A stretch of DNA of 64,000 nucleotides from the NCBI GenBank assembly GCA_963829055.1, contig CAWHHI010000003.1, positions 64,001 through 128,000 on the forward strand, read 5' to 3'. Shown here piece by piece: positions 43,331-53,953 of the stretch. Below the pieces are notes generated by a model. That model was not told the DNA's origin and ran no database searches. It worked only from the letters and a program-made list of their open reading frames with translations. The position numbers were made by a program, and so were the translations under genes. Each line of letters starts with the position of its first letter. The first letter of the stretch is position 1. Source of the stretch: an uncultured Gemmatimonadaceae bacterium. GTDB taxonomy: Bacteria > Gemmatimonadota > Gemmatimonadetes > Gemmatimonadales > Gemmatimonadaceae.

Positions 43331-43792
43331 ATGCATGTCGATCCGGATAACCCCGTCGTGGCGCTCTGCGCGGCGGGGATGGCGGTGGACGGCGATCGCG
43401 AGCAGGCACGCGCGCTGTTCATGCGCGCGTGGAGCATCCACCGTGACGACTACGAGGCGAGCATCGCAGCACACTTCCTCGCCCGTCATCAACCGACGGA
43501 CGAGGAAACGCTCGCCTGGAACGAGCGGGCACTCCGACACGCGACGATGGTCACCGACGGACGCACGACAGAATTTCTCGCCTCGCTGTACCTCAACGTC
43601 GGGGACTCCTACCTGGCAGCGCACCGTCTGGACGACGCCACAGCCGCGGCCCGGCTCGCGCGCACCCACCTCGCCGCGCTGCCTGCGGGAGGCTACCGCG
43701 ACTTCGTCGAGTACGGCATTCGACGACTCGAAGACCGCATCCTCTCCGCCAGGGGAGACGTCGACCTAACGCGTGAGCAGGCCACGTCGTGA
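43331..43792 (+). CDS. Helical (TPR-like) hypothetical protein
   Basis: DPDNPVVALCAAGM...ARALFMRAW...AAHFLARHQ...SLYLNVG. Confidence 0.75.
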   Translation: MHVDPDNPVVALCAAGMAVDGDREQARALFMRAWSIHRDDYEASIAAHFLARHQPTDEETLAWNERALRHATMVTDGRTTEFLASLYLNVGDSYLAAHRLDDATAAARLARTHLAALPAGGYRDFVEYGIRRLEDRILSARGDVDLTREQATS

Positions 43793-44568
43793 CCGCGAAC
43801 GTGATGAACACATCCGCGATCGTCCCAGCTGACTTCGCCGGGCGCGTCGTTCTCATCACGGGCGCGGCGCGCGGGCTCGGCCGTGCGGCGGCCGAGCGCT
43901 TCCACGCACGAGGGGCCTTCGTGGCGGTTCACGCCCGCGACATCACTCGCGCCTCGTCGGTCACGAGCGCGCTCGGCGACGGAGCCCTCGCGGTGGACGG
44001 GGATCTCACGCAGGACGGCGTGGCCGATGACCTCGTTAGGCGCGTGATCGACCGGTTCGGGCGTCTCGATGTGCTCGTCAACAACGCCGCCTCGGCACCA
44101 TCCACGCGCCTGGCCGACATTGACAGTGCGGAGTGGCGTGAGACGCTCGAAGTAAACCTCACTGCACCGTTTCTTCTGATTCGCGCCGCGTTGCCGGCGA
44201 TGAAGGCACAGGGCTACGGGCGCATCGTCAACATCTCGTCCACCGCCGGCCGGATGGTCAGCACGCTCGCCGGCGCCCACTACACCGCGTCGAAAGCCGG
44301 CCTGCTCGGCCTAACGAGAGCGGCGGCGAAAGAGCTCGGGCGGTTTGGCATTACCGTGAACGCCGTCTGCCCCGGCATGATCGACACCGAGCTGACGCGC
44401 GAGCACGCGACGCCTGAACGGCTCGCGGAGCTCGCTGCCGGATACCCAGTACCGCGACTGGGGACGCCACGGGAAGTGGCGGACGTGATCTGCTTCGCGG
44501 CGTCCGAGGCGGCCGGCTACATCACCGGTGCGACGTTCGACATCAACGGCGGCGACCTGATGATGTAG
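43789..44568 (+). CDS. SDR-family oxidoreductase
   Basis: TGAARGLG, NNA, YTASK and NAVCPG. Confidence 0.95.
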   Translation: MTANVMNTSAIVPADFAGRVVLITGAARGLGRAAAERFHARGAFVAVHARDITRASSVTSALGDGALAVDGDLTQDGVADDLVRRVIDRFGRLDVLVNNAASAPSTRLADIDSAEWRETLEVNLTAPFLLIRAALPAMKAQGYGRIVNISSTAGRMVSTLAGAHYTASKAGLLGLTRAAAKELGRFGITVNAVCPGMIDTELTREHATPERLAELAAGYPVPRLGTPREVADVICFAASEAAGYITGATFDINGGDLMM

Positions 44569-44710
44569 CAGGCGCGCCAATCGGGGTGCGAACTGGTCCG
44601 GCCCGGCTTCATTGAGTTTGCCGAGTCCGCGCGGCATCGTACGGAGGGTGACGTGTCGGCGAGCGATGTTCGATCGCGCCCGAACACGTCGCACGAACCA
44701 GGAGCCTTCG

Positions 44711-44977
44711 ATGAGCCTCGACAACATGCCCGACGAGTTTCCCTCCACGGAATCCCACGGTGAGCTGGTCCCGCCGCCGCGCAAACCTCCGACGGCGCTC
44801 ACCGCACCGGCGTCTGGGCCGGACCCACGGCGCCAGCTTCCCGCTCGCCGGTGGCAGAGTCCGACGGGGCACTCGGACATAAGTGAGGCGATGCTGCGCG
44901 CGGTCGACGCCGCGCTCGACACGCTGGACGCCGTTGGCGACGCGGTCCGTGAGACGGCGCTGCGTCTGGCGCGTTGA
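44711..44977 (+). CDS. Small hypothetical protein
   Basis: AGGAG RBS; Pro-rich N-terminus and amphipathic C-terminal helix. Confidence 0.55.
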   Translation: MSLDNMPDEFPSTESHGELVPPPRKPPTALTAPASGPDPRRQLPARRWQSPTGHSDISEAMLRAVDAALDTLDAVGDAVRETALRLAR

Positions 44978-44988
44978 CGCGCGGCTGC

Positions 44989-45302
44989 GTCATCCCGAGG
45001 AGCGCCAGAGACTGCCCTGAGGAGCGCAGCGACGAAGGGAGGACCTTCGGTAATGACATCGTCGCCTGTCACTTGCGCGACTCGAACGGCGGAACGCAGA
45101 GCGCTCTGAACGCCCAGAAGACGCAGAAGAGAAATGAACGAATTGCTCTTGCCGTTTTCTGCGTGGTCTGCGCGCTCTGAGCCGTCTGCGTTGCGTAGTG
45201 CGGCCGACGAGACATCTCGTTAGGGGAACTTCTATGAAGTCATCGTAGTCGGCCGGCCCACCACTCCTTCACAGGAGATCCCTCGCTGCCGCTCGGGATG
45301 AC
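44989..45302. repeat. REP-like GTCATCCCGAG.../...CTCGGGATGAC ends enclosing an inverted ACGCAGA array
   Basis: GTCATCCCGAG at 44989; CGCTCGGGATGAC ending at 45302; AACGCAGA (45093) pairs with TCTGCGTT (45185), with repeated units. Confidence 0.7.
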
Positions 45303-45322
45303 GACGCTCGGGCTCACGATCG

Positions 45323-48010
45323 CTAATCACTCCGCAGTGCGAGCGTTGGATCGATCGCGATCGCCCGCCGCGCCGGAATCCAGCTCGCCGCGAAGGCCAC
45401 CGCACCGAGCACCACCACACTTCCCACATACGTGAGTGGGTCGGTCGCCTTCACGCCGAAGAGCAGATCAGCCATGAGTCGCGTGGCCGCCAGCGCAGCC
45501 ACCACACCGACCACGAGGCCCAGCACCGCGAGTCGCATCCCCTGCCCCACGACCAGCCGAAGCACGTCCGCCGGACGAGCGCCCAGTGCCATGCGGATGC
45601 CGATCTCGCGCGTCCGGCGTTTCACCGCGTGCGCCATGATCCCATAGATGCCCACGACGGCGAGCGTCAGCGCGACTCCACCGAACACACCGAGCAGCAG
45701 CATCGTGAACCGCGGCTGAGCGACGGAGAGGTCGATCATCTTCGTCATCGTGCGGATGTTCGTGATGGCGATCAGCGGATCGAGATCCCGGACTGCCTGA
45801 CGCGCCGCCGTAGCCAGCAGCAGTGGGTCACCCGCCGTGCGCATGATGACGTACATGGTTTGCGCCGTCGACTCCGTGATCGCGGGCATCTGCTCGTGCA
45901 GCAGGTAGACCTCGTCCGGCACGGGGGCACCGAGTCCCGTACTGCGAACATCTCGAGCCACGCCGACGACCGTGATCCACGGTTCCGTCGGTGAGAACCG
46001 GATCTGTTGGCCAACGGGGTCGCCACCAGGCCAGATCTCACGGGCCGCTGCCTCGTTGATCATCGCCACCGGCGTCGACCCGCCGGTATCGTCCCGGCCG
46101 AACATCCTGCCCTTCATCAGGGCGATAGAGAGAGTTTTGAAATAATCCGCCGTGACGACGCGCACGTTAGGCGACGGCGCCACCGTTCCGCGCGCTCTCG
46201 GGCGACCGAGGATCTCGACGTCCCAGTTACTCCCGCCGGAGACGGGCGGCAGGTCGGACGCGCCCGCGGCGATGGTGACACCGGGCAACGCCCCGACGCG
46301 CTCGATGAGTCGCCGGTAGAAAACGGTGGTCGCGTTAGGATCGTACCGCGCGGACGGGATGGAGAGGTCGATCGCGAGCACGTGGCTCGGGTCGAACCCC
46401 GGGTCCACGTTGCGCAGAGTCCAGAAGCTGCGCACGAGAAGCGCCGCGCCGATGACGACAACGACCGCGAGCGCCACTTCGCCCGTCACGAGCGCGCGGC
46501 CGAGGCGTTGCTGCCCGGTTCCGACGCTGCCTCCGCGCGTTCCTTCCTTGAGCGATGACTGCAACTCCGGTTGCGCGAGCTGCAAAGCCGGCGCGAGGCC
46601 GAAGACGATCCCGGTCGCGAGTGCGATCCCGAGCGTGACGAGTCCGACGGTCGCGTCGATCCGGACGAGCTCGAGCCGTGGAATGGCGTCCGGGTTCACC
46701 GCCAGCAGCGACTTCGTCCCGATCCACGCAAGCAACAACCCGACGATGCCGCCCGCGACTGCGAGGACCGCGCTCTCGGTGAGTAGCTGACGGACGATGC
46801 GTCCGCGATCGGCTCCGAGCGCGAGACGCACAGCGATCTCCCGTTGCCGTGCCTCGCCGCGAGCGAGGAGCAGGTTCGCGACGTTGGCGCACGCGATGAG
46901 TAGTACCAGCCCGACCGCGCCAAGCAGAATGAGGAGCGCCGGGCGGACGTCGCCGACGATCGCCTCGTGCATGGAGATGACCGTCGCGCCGTACCCCGTG
47001 GCGGGCGGGTAGACGTTAGGGTACCGCGCGGCCAAGGCGCGCGTCAGCGCGTTGAGCTCGCGTTGCGCCTGCTCGACCGAGATGTTCGGCGCGAGGCGCG
47101 CGACGCCGCTCAGGTAGTTCGTCGACCGCCCCTCCAGACTATCGGGATTGATGTACAGCGGAATGAACGCTTCCGCGCGCGCGATCGTGGCGTCGGGCGG
47201 AAGAATGCCGATCACGCGTCGGCTGACGCCGTTCATCGTGAGTGACCGCCCGAGTAGCGTTGGGTCGCCGCCGAATTGGCGTTGCCAGAAGTCGTACGTG
47301 ACAATGGTGACGGGCTCGCGACCGGTGCGCCCCTCGTCGCCCTCGAAGTTGCGTCCGCGGAGCGGCGTGATGCCGAGGACGGGAAACAGGTCGCGGGTGG
47401 CGGTAATGCCGCGCACACGCTGGGGCTCGCACGCACCGCCGGAACCGGAGCACCCACTGGTCAGTGTGAGGGCGGTGCCGGTGAACGCGGCGGCGTTCTG
47501 GAACACGTGCGTCAGGCCCTTGTAGTCCATGAACTCGGGCTGCGACATCGAGTAGCGTGAGATGCCGGAACCGCCGAACGACGTGTACACACGAACGAGC
47601 CGGTCGGGCGACGGGTACGGCAGCGGCCGCAGCAGCACGCCGTTCACGACGCTGAAGATGGCGGTGTTCGCCCCGATGCCTAACGCCAGCGTGAGCACCG
47701 CGATGAGGGTGAAGCCCGGGCTCCGGCGCAGGGCGCGGGCGGCATACCGAAGGTCCTGCATCAGCGCTTCCCACATGTCGGCGCGTCTCCGTTCCTGTTC
47801 GAGCAGGTGATCGATCTCCTCGCAACTCCGGCGAACCGCGGACACGTCGCCGAACCGTCGCAGCGCTTCCGCGCGCGCGGCCTCCACCGTCATGCCCTCC
47901 GCGACGTAGTCGTGGACCCGCGACTCGATGTGGAACTGGAGCTCCTCATCGACGTCCGCGGCTGGGTCGGCGCCCCAGAACCGCACGTAGCGGCGCCACT
48001 TCGGGATCAT
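45323..48010 (-). CDS. ADOP-type duplicated ABC permease (MacB/FtsX domains)
   Basis: [50 protein letters not shown] and [13 protein letters not shown]. Confidence 0.95.
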   Translation of the reverse strand: MIPKWRRYVRFWGADPAADVDEELQFHIESRVHDYVAEGMTVEAARAEALRRFGDVSAVRRSCEEIDHLLEQERRRADMWEALMQDLRYAARALRRSPGFTLIAVLTLALGIGANTAIFSVVNGVLLRPLPYPSPDRLVRVYTSFGGSGISRYSMSQPEFMDYKGLTHVFQNAAAFTGTALTLTSGCSGSGGACEPQRVRGITATRDLFPVLGITPLRGRNFEGDEGRTGREPVTIVTYDFWQRQFGGDPTLLGRSLTMNGVSRRVIGILPPDATIARAEAFIPLYINPDSLEGRSTNYLSGVARLAPNISVEQAQRELNALTRALAARYPNVYPPATGYGATVISMHEAIVGDVRPALLILLGAVGLVLLIACANVANLLLARGEARQREIAVRLALGADRGRIVRQLLTESAVLAVAGGIVGLLLAWIGTKSLLAVNPDAIPRLELVRIDATVGLVTLGIALATGIVFGLAPALQLAQPELQSSLKEGTRGGSVGTGQQRLGRALVTGEVALAVVVVIGAALLVRSFWTLRNVDPGFDPSHVLAIDLSIPSARYDPNATTVFYRRLIERVGALPGVTIAAGASDLPPVSGGSNWDVEILGRPRARGTVAPSPNVRVVTADYFKTLSIALMKGRMFGRDDTGGSTPVAMINEAAAREIWPGGDPVGQQIRFSPTEPWITVVGVARDVRSTGLGAPVPDEVYLLHEQMPAITESTAQTMYVIMRTAGDPLLLATAARQAVRDLDPLIAITNIRTMTKMIDLSVAQPRFTMLLLGVFGGVALTLAVVGIYGIMAHAVKRRTREIGIRMALGARPADVLRLVVGQGMRLAVLGLVVGVVAALAATRLMADLLFGVKATDPLTYVGSVVVLGAVAFAASWIPARRAIAIDPTLALRSD

Positions 48011-48351
48011 GCGGGCGCGGTCGTCGCGGTCAGCACCTTCGACACCGCCTGCGAGAACGTCGTCCACGTGGACGCCTCGGCCCGCAACTGCCGGCGGCCT
48101 TCAGCCGTGACGCGGTAGAACTTCGCGCGGCGGTTGTTCTCGGACACGCCCCACTCGCTCTCGACCCAGCCGCGTCGCTCGAGGCGGTGGAGCGCCGGGT
48201 ACAGCGATCCTTCCTCGATCTGCAGGACGTCGTCGGTGACCTGCTGGAGCCAGCGCGCGACGGCGTAGCCGTGCATGGGGCGCCAGCTCAGCGTCTTGAG
48301 AACGAGGACGTCGAGCGTGCCCTGGAGCAGGTCGACTGTGGGTTTGCTCAC
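48007..48351 (-). CDS. PadR-family regulator (ADOP-associated)
   Basis: [14 protein letters not shown]...MHGY...[13 protein letters not shown]...NNRRAKFY. Confidence 0.96.
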   Translation of the reverse strand: MSKPTVDLLQGTLDVLVLKTLSWRPMHGYAVARWLQQVTDDVLQIEEGSLYPALHRLERRGWVESEWGVSENNRRAKFYRVTAEGRRQLRAEASTWTTFSQAVSKVLTATTAPA

Positions 48352-48360
48352 GATGATTTC

Positions 48361-48415
48361 CCCATAGAGATTCTATGGGAGAGGATGGCATGCTTCCCAT
48401 AGAATGTCAATGGGA
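48361..48415 (-). promoter_or_regulatory. Tandem palindromic operator boxes overlapping the padR promoter
   Basis: CCCATAGA-GAT-TCTATGGG (48361-48379) and TCCCATAGAATGTCAATGGGA (48395-48415). The second contains a minus-strand TTGACA (48405-48410). Confidence 0.8.
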
Positions 48416-48644
48416 GTGGTCAGTTCGACTATGGTGCGGCTCGCCACCACTACGGCCTGCAGAGCGATGCATTGTCGCCCGTGTGCGGTCGACCTACATT
48501 CGCCTGTCGCGCCGGGCATGTCAGGCCTTCTTCGACCACTCGAACGACCATGACCCTTCGCGAGAAGCCGGAAGCCGTGAAGAGCCGCGACGCTCGCGAA
48601 CGATTACGCGTGGCACGACGGAATGCGTTAGGCGTGCGTCTCGC

Positions 48645-49088
48645 ATGACGTACCAACACACGCAACGCAGCCTGCAACTCGCGCTGCTCAACGGAGTCGT
48701 GGCGCTGATCCCCATCGGGATGCTCGCGAGCGGATCGCTCACGGGCGCCCCGACCGGCGCTTGGATTACGCTGCTGGCGACCATGCTCATTCTCCTCGTG
48801 AGCGCGTTCACGTTCTCGTCCTTCACGATCACGGTGGGCGACGGCCGCCTCGCGTGGTGGTTCGGACCGGGCCTGCTACGGAAGGAGATTCCGCTGGCGG
48901 CGGTCGTGTCGGCGGAGCCGACGACCACGAGTCTCGTCAATGGCTGGGGCATCCATCTGACCACGCGCGGGTGGCTGTACAACATCAAGGGTCGCCAAGC
49001 CGTGCTGGTGTCGCTGCGCGACGGGAAGCAGTTTCTGCTGGGCACTGACGAGCCAAGCGTGCTCGCGGAGGTACTGCTGTCGCCATGA
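48645..49088 (+). CDS. Small membrane protein (two TMs plus PH-like domain)
   Basis: YQHTQ, two hydrophobic segments, then GWGIH...WLYNIKG...LGTDEP. Confidence 0.8.
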   Translation: MTYQHTQRSLQLALLNGVVALIPIGMLASGSLTGAPTGAWITLLATMLILLVSAFTFSSFTITVGDGRLAWWFGPGLLRKEIPLAAVVSAEPTTTSLVNGWGIHLTTRGWLYNIKGRQAVLVSLRDGKQFLLGTDEPSVLAEVLLSP

Positions 49089-49537
49089 CTCGCGACTCCT
49101 TGTCTGGTACGTCGGATGACACTGCTCGCGACGCGATCGACGCGCTTCGCGATGCGTGGGTTGCGGCCGTTGCCGCGGGTGACGCTGGCGCGCTTCGAGA
49201 CATGGTCACGCCGGACTACGAGGTCTGGGCGCACGGCGCGCCGACGCTCGCCGGGCCGGACGCGGTCGTCGGGGCGATGCGAGCGGCTCTCGCCAAGTAC
49301 GCGATCACACAGTCGTATGAACCCATCGAGACCGTCGTCAGCGGCGACTGGGGATTCCAGCGCGGGATCGAGCGCATTCGCGCGGTGCCGCTCGACGGCG
49401 GGCCAGTCAGCGACGTCACGCAACGCGGTCTGCTGATCGTTCACCGAGGGGAGGACGGTCGCTGGCGATACGCTCGTGGAATGACGAATGGATTTCCGCC
49501 CGCTACGGCTGCGGCTGAACGGAGCCCTACCGCGTGA
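49085..49537 (+). CDS. NTF2/SnoaL-like (DUF4440/YybH) protein
   Basis: AIDALRDAWVAAVAAGDA...VSGDWG...DGRWRY. Confidence 0.85.
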   Translation: MTRDSLSGTSDDTARDAIDALRDAWVAAVAAGDAGALRDMVTPDYEVWAHGAPTLAGPDAVVGAMRAALAKYAITQSYEPIETVVSGDWGFQRGIERIRAVPLDGGPVSDVTQRGLLIVHRGEDGRWRYARGMTNGFPPATAAAERSPTA

Positions 49538-51516
49538 GCATGGACGCTCGCGATCCTAACGCGAAAGGCGTGAGCCGACGGGGCTTTGCCGCCACGCTGA
49601 TCGGTGCGGCCGGTTGGCTAGCGCTTCCACGGACGATCGGCGTCCGCGTCGACGAAGCCGCGCCCGACTATACGCTGCTCAGCGATGTGATGGTCACGAT
49701 GCGCGACGGCGTGCGGCTGGCGACCGACGTGTACGTGCCGGCCACCACGGGAAGTGCCGCAGCCGGAAAGCATCCCGTCATCCTCGAGCGGACACCGTAC
49801 AACAAGACCGCGCCGAGCCGCTCGGAGCGCACGCCGACAAACCCCACGCCGCTCGGCAGGGCCGAGGTGGCGGCGTTCTTCGCGCGGCGGGGGTACGCCG
49901 TCGTGTATCAGGATTGCCGCGGACGCTACAGGTCGGAAGGCGAGTTCGTGAAGTACCTGAGCGACGGGAACGACGGCTACGACACGTGTGCCTGGATCGT
50001 GAAGCAGCCGTGGTGCAACGGGCGCATCGCGACGATGGGACTGTCGTACGCCGCGCACACGCAGGGTGCGTTAGGCAGCGCGGGCGCGCCGGGCGTGGTG
50101 GCAATGTTCCTCGACTCCGGCGGGTTCTCGAACGCCTACCAGGACGGCATCCGGCAAGGCGGCGCCTTCGAGCTCAAGCAGGCGACGTGGGCGTTCAACC
50201 AGGCGCTCGAGAGTCCTGAGCTGCAGCGAGACCCCGCGAAGCTCGCGGCGATGAAGGCGATCGACATCCGCGACTGGTTCCGTCGCATGCCGTGGAAACG
50301 TGGGAATTCACCGGTGACGCTCGCGCCGGAGTACGAGAGCTACCTGTTCGAGCAGTGGGAGCACGGCGTCTTCGACGACTACTGGAAGCAGCTCGGCATC
50401 TACGGCGAGGGCTTCTACGACCAGTACGTGGACGCGGCGATGGTCCACATGTCATCGTGGTTCGATGCGTACACACGCACGGCGACGGACAACTACATCG
50501 GGCTGTCGAAACGGAAGCGCGGGCCGGTGCGCCTCATCATGGGGCCGTGGACGCATGGTGATCGCCAGCTCACGTACGTCGGCGATGTCGATTTCGGGCC
50601 TGACGCGACGATCGACGGTAACGTAGCGTCGGACTTCCTTACGCTGCGACTGCGATGGTTCGATCGCTGGCTCAAGGGCACGAAGAACGGCGTCGACGCC
50701 GAGCCGAAGGTGCGGATCTTCGTGATGGGTGGTGGCAGCGGACGAAGGAATGCCGCGGGACGTCTGGAGCATGGCGGCCGATGGCGCGCGGAGCATGACT
50801 GGCCGATCCCCGACACCCGGTGGACGCCGTACTACTTCGGCCGAGACGGTTCGCTGTCGGCCGCGAAGCCTTCTACGCCCGACGCGTGGCGCGAGTACCG
50901 GTTCGACCCGGCGCATCCGGTGCCGACGATCGGAGGGACGGTGACGTCGGGGCAGCCGGTCATGGTGGGTGGCGCGTTCGACCAGCGCGAGGGGCCGCGC
51001 TTCTTCGGGTCGACCGAGCCGTATCGCGCACTGGCAGAGCGTCAGGATGTGCTGGTGTTCCAGACGCCAGCGCTCGAGGCGGACGTGGAGGTGACGGGCC
51101 CGATCGCGGCGAATCTCTTTATCTCGTCGGACTGCCCGGACACGGATTTCACGATCAAGCTGGTGGACGTCCATCCGCCTAACGCTGACTACCCGGAAGG
51201 CTTCGCGATGAACGTCGCGGACGGCATTCTCAGGGTGCGATACCGCGATTCGTGGGAGAAGCCATCGCTGATGACGCCGGGCACCGTCTACCGAATTCAG
51301 GTCACGGCATTCCCGACGAGCAACCTCTTCGTGCGCGGGCACCGCATTCGGGTCGACGTGTCGAGCAGCAACTTCCCGCACTTCGATGTCAATCCCAATA
51401 CTGGAGAGCCCGAGGCGCGGGCGACGTCGCTGCGGATAGCGACAAACCGAGTATACCTCGACGCGTCTCGGCCATCACATATCATTCTGCCGATCATTCC
51501 GCGGCTGGCACGTTAG
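49534..51516 (+). CDS. CocE/NonD-family hydrolase (Tat-type signal)
   Basis: SRRGF; MRDGVRLATDVY, RTPY, QDCRGRYRSEG, GLSY, GPWTH and SSSNFP. Confidence 0.95.
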   Translation: MSMDARDPNAKGVSRRGFAATLIGAAGWLALPRTIGVRVDEAAPDYTLLSDVMVTMRDGVRLATDVYVPATTGSAAAGKHPVILERTPYNKTAPSRSERTPTNPTPLGRAEVAAFFARRGYAVVYQDCRGRYRSEGEFVKYLSDGNDGYDTCAWIVKQPWCNGRIATMGLSYAAHTQGALGSAGAPGVVAMFLDSGGFSNAYQDGIRQGGAFELKQATWAFNQALESPELQRDPAKLAAMKAIDIRDWFRRMPWKRGNSPVTLAPEYESYLFEQWEHGVFDDYWKQLGIYGEGFYDQYVDAAMVHMSSWFDAYTRTATDNYIGLSKRKRGPVRLIMGPWTHGDRQLTYVGDVDFGPDATIDGNVASDFLTLRLRWFDRWLKGTKNGVDAEPKVRIFVMGGGSGRRNAAGRLEHGGRWRAEHDWPIPDTRWTPYYFGRDGSLSAAKPSTPDAWREYRFDPAHPVPTIGGTVTSGQPVMVGGAFDQREGPRFFGSTEPYRALAERQDVLVFQTPALEADVEVTGPIAANLFISSDCPDTDFTIKLVDVHPPNADYPEGFAMNVADGILRVRYRDSWEKPSLMTPGTVYRIQVTAFPTSNLFVRGHRIRVDVSSSNFPHFDVNPNTGEPEARATSLRIATNRVYLDASRPSHIILPIIPRLAR

Positions 51517-51880
51517 GCGTTCTGGTCCATCGCGCCCGAGTCGGTGAGAACTACGATTCGGCGGATCTGTGCCGCGAAACTACCGGATACGACTTTGCAT
51601 CCACGCATCATCGCGCCGGGCCGGTGAGAACTGCGATTGGGCGGATGAAACGGAAGAATCAGGATACCGCTCGGTAGATCCGGCTCCTCGCGCCACGAGC
51701 CGGATTCTTTGGGGACGGCCGCTCGGGACGCAGGACTCTCCCGAGCGGCGGTTCACATTTTCTACGAGTCCGGCGAGAGCCAGCGTCGATGCAAAGCCTT
51801 ATCCGGCCGTTTTCCGTGTGATCCGCGTCATCGTTTTTCCCACCGGCCCGCGCGCGATGAGGCCTGAATGCAATGCCGCA

Positions 51881-53239
51881 TCAGATCCGCCCGATCGTCG
51901 TCCCCACCGGCCGCGGCGCGACGGACTTTCCCCTATAAGGAATCACGCCGACCAGCAATCCAATCACCAACAGCACGATCGACGTCAGCACCGCCCACTT
52001 GATCGTGAACCGCTGGTGATCCCCAAGCTCCACCTCGGCCAGGCCTACCAGTAGATACGTCGACGGCACCAAGGGACTCAGCAAGTGCACCGGCTGACCA
52101 ATCACGGACGCGCGCCCCATCTCGGCTGCCGAGATGCCGTAGGTTGCCGCCGCCTGGTTCAGGATCGGCAGTACGCCGAAGTAGAACGCGTCGTTCGACA
52201 GAAAGAACGTGAACGGGATGCTGAGCACGCTCGTCACGATCGCCATGTGCGGACCCAGGCTCGTCGGCACGAGCGCGACGACGCTGTTGCCCATCGCGTC
52301 GATCATCTTCGTGCCGCTCATGATGCCCGTGAGAATCCCCGCCGCGCAGATGACCGACGCCACCGCGAGCGCGTTCGCCGCGTGATCCGCTAAACGACCC
52401 TTCTGCTCATCCATGCTCGGATAGTTCACGACGAGCGCGACTGCATACGCGATCATGAACAGCACCGGCAGCGGTAGCACACCCGCGACGAGCGCCACGA
52501 GCAGCGCGAGCGTCAACACGACGTTGAACGCGAGCAGACGCGGGCGTCGGAGAGCCGCCGAGGCGACGCCGTCGTGCTCGTCCTCGAACGTGTCCTGGAC
52601 ACGCTGCATCGCCGCGGCGTCGAGCACGCCGACGCGCGCACGCTCGCGTTTCCCGAAGAGGTACGCGACGAAGATCACCCACAGCGCGCCACCGATCATC
52701 GCGGGAATCAGCGGCAGGAAGATCTCGCTCGCGTCCACACGCAAGGCGCTCGCGGCGCGCGCGGTCGGGCCACCCCATGGAAGGATGTTCATCACGCCGC
52801 CGGCCTGCATGATGACGCTCGCGAGCACGAGGCGGCTGAGTCCGAGTCGGCGATAGAGCGGCAGGAGTGCCGCCGTCACGATGAGATACGTCGTCGACCC
52901 GTCCCCATCGAGCGAGACGAGGAGCGTGAGGATCGAGGTCCCGACGACTATCTTGAGCGGGTCACCCTGCACCAGCCGCACGACGCGCTGCACCACCGGC
53001 TCGAACAGCCCGACGTCGATCATGACGCTGAAGAACAGGATCGCGAACAACAGCATCACGGCCGTCGGCGCGAGCGCCTTCACGCCATCGAGCATCATCG
53101 GGCCGAGGTTCGCGCGGAATCCCGCGATGAGCGCGAACGCGACCGGCACGAGAATCAGCGCGGTCAGCACCGACATGCGCTTCGTCATGATCAGCGCCAT
53201 GAAGACGGCGATCATGGTGAACGCCAGCACCGTCAACAT
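51881..53239 (-). CDS. CitMHS citrate:metal/H+ symporter
   Basis: SLDGDGSTT, NILPWGGPTARA, SNDAFYFGVLP and LSPLVPSTYLLVGL. Confidence 0.93.
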   Translation of the reverse strand: MLTVLAFTMIAVFMALIMTKRMSVLTALILVPVAFALIAGFRANLGPMMLDGVKALAPTAVMLLFAILFFSVMIDVGLFEPVVQRVVRLVQGDPLKIVVGTSILTLLVSLDGDGSTTYLIVTAALLPLYRRLGLSRLVLASVIMQAGGVMNILPWGGPTARAASALRVDASEIFLPLIPAMIGGALWVIFVAYLFGKRERARVGVLDAAAMQRVQDTFEDEHDGVASAALRRPRLLAFNVVLTLALLVALVAGVLPLPVLFMIAYAVALVVNYPSMDEQKGRLADHAANALAVASVICAAGILTGIMSGTKMIDAMGNSVVALVPTSLGPHMAIVTSVLSIPFTFFLSNDAFYFGVLPILNQAAATYGISAAEMGRASVIGQPVHLLSPLVPSTYLLVGLAEVELGDHQRFTIKWAVLTSIVLLVIGLLVGVIPYRGKSVAPRPVGTTIGRI

Positions 53240-53311
53240 TGACCTGGCATGAGAGGAGGCGCGTGAGGAGACCGGGATTCTCGCGCACGAGTCTACCACT
53301 TCGACGACGAC

Positions 53312-53797
53312 ATGGACACCTGCATTCAACCGCTCGCCGCCATTCTCCGTCTGAATCAGCGTCTCATGGTCAACTGTCTCGACGGCTTGACGGACGACGC
53401 AGCGCGACGGCGTCACGCGGAAGGTGTGAACAGTGCGACATTCATTGCCGCGCACGTGACGGACAGTCGCTTCTTCATATTGCGTCTGCTCGGTGGCTCG
53501 CTCGAGAATCCGCTGTCCTCGTCACTCGACAAGGCGAAGAGCATCGACGACATCACCGATTGGCCGTCGCTCGATACGATTCGCGCAGCGTGGACCAGCG
53601 TGTCCAGCGCGATCGACGCGCGTCTCGAGGAGATAACCGCCGAGGAGCTCTCGGCTCCGTCGGAGCGGGGATTTCCGGGCGTCGAGCGCACGCGCCTTGG
53701 CGTGCTGACGTTCCTCGTCCAGCACGACAGCTACCACGTCGGGCAACTCGCGCTCCTTCGCAAGCCGGCCGGTTTGCCGGCAATGAGCTATCGTTAG
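53312..53797 (+). CDS. DinB-family protein
   Basis: NSATFIAAH...HDSYHVGQLALLRK. Confidence 0.9.
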   Translation: MDTCIQPLAAILRLNQRLMVNCLDGLTDDAARRRHAEGVNSATFIAAHVTDSRFFILRLLGGSLENPLSSSLDKAKSIDDITDWPSLDTIRAAWTSVSSAIDARLEEITAEELSAPSERGFPGVERTRLGVLTFLVQHDSYHVGQLALLRKPAGLPAMSYR

Positions 53798-53801
53798 CGG
53801 T

Positions 53802-53939
53802 TGTCATTCCGAGCGAGCGGAGCGAGTCGAGGAATCGCGATCGTCCCGAGAGAGGGACCCTCTATGGCAGACAGTCTCGATTCCTCGACTCCGCGCCTTC
53901 GGCGCTCCGCTCGGAATGACAAACCCGCTCGGAATGACA
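53802..53939. repeat. REP/REPIN-like palindromic element
   Basis: TGTCATTCCGAGCG...GTCGAGGAATC...GATTCCTCGAC...CGCTCGGAATGACA with a duplicated right end. A second copy lies at 62756-62950. Confidence 0.9.
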
Positions 53940-53953
53940 TACGGGAGACGATC

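Noticed and set aside
48611..48627. Possible sigma-54 promoter TGGCACGACGGAATGC
   Set aside because: GG-to-GC spacing is one base longer than the strict -24/-12 consensus.
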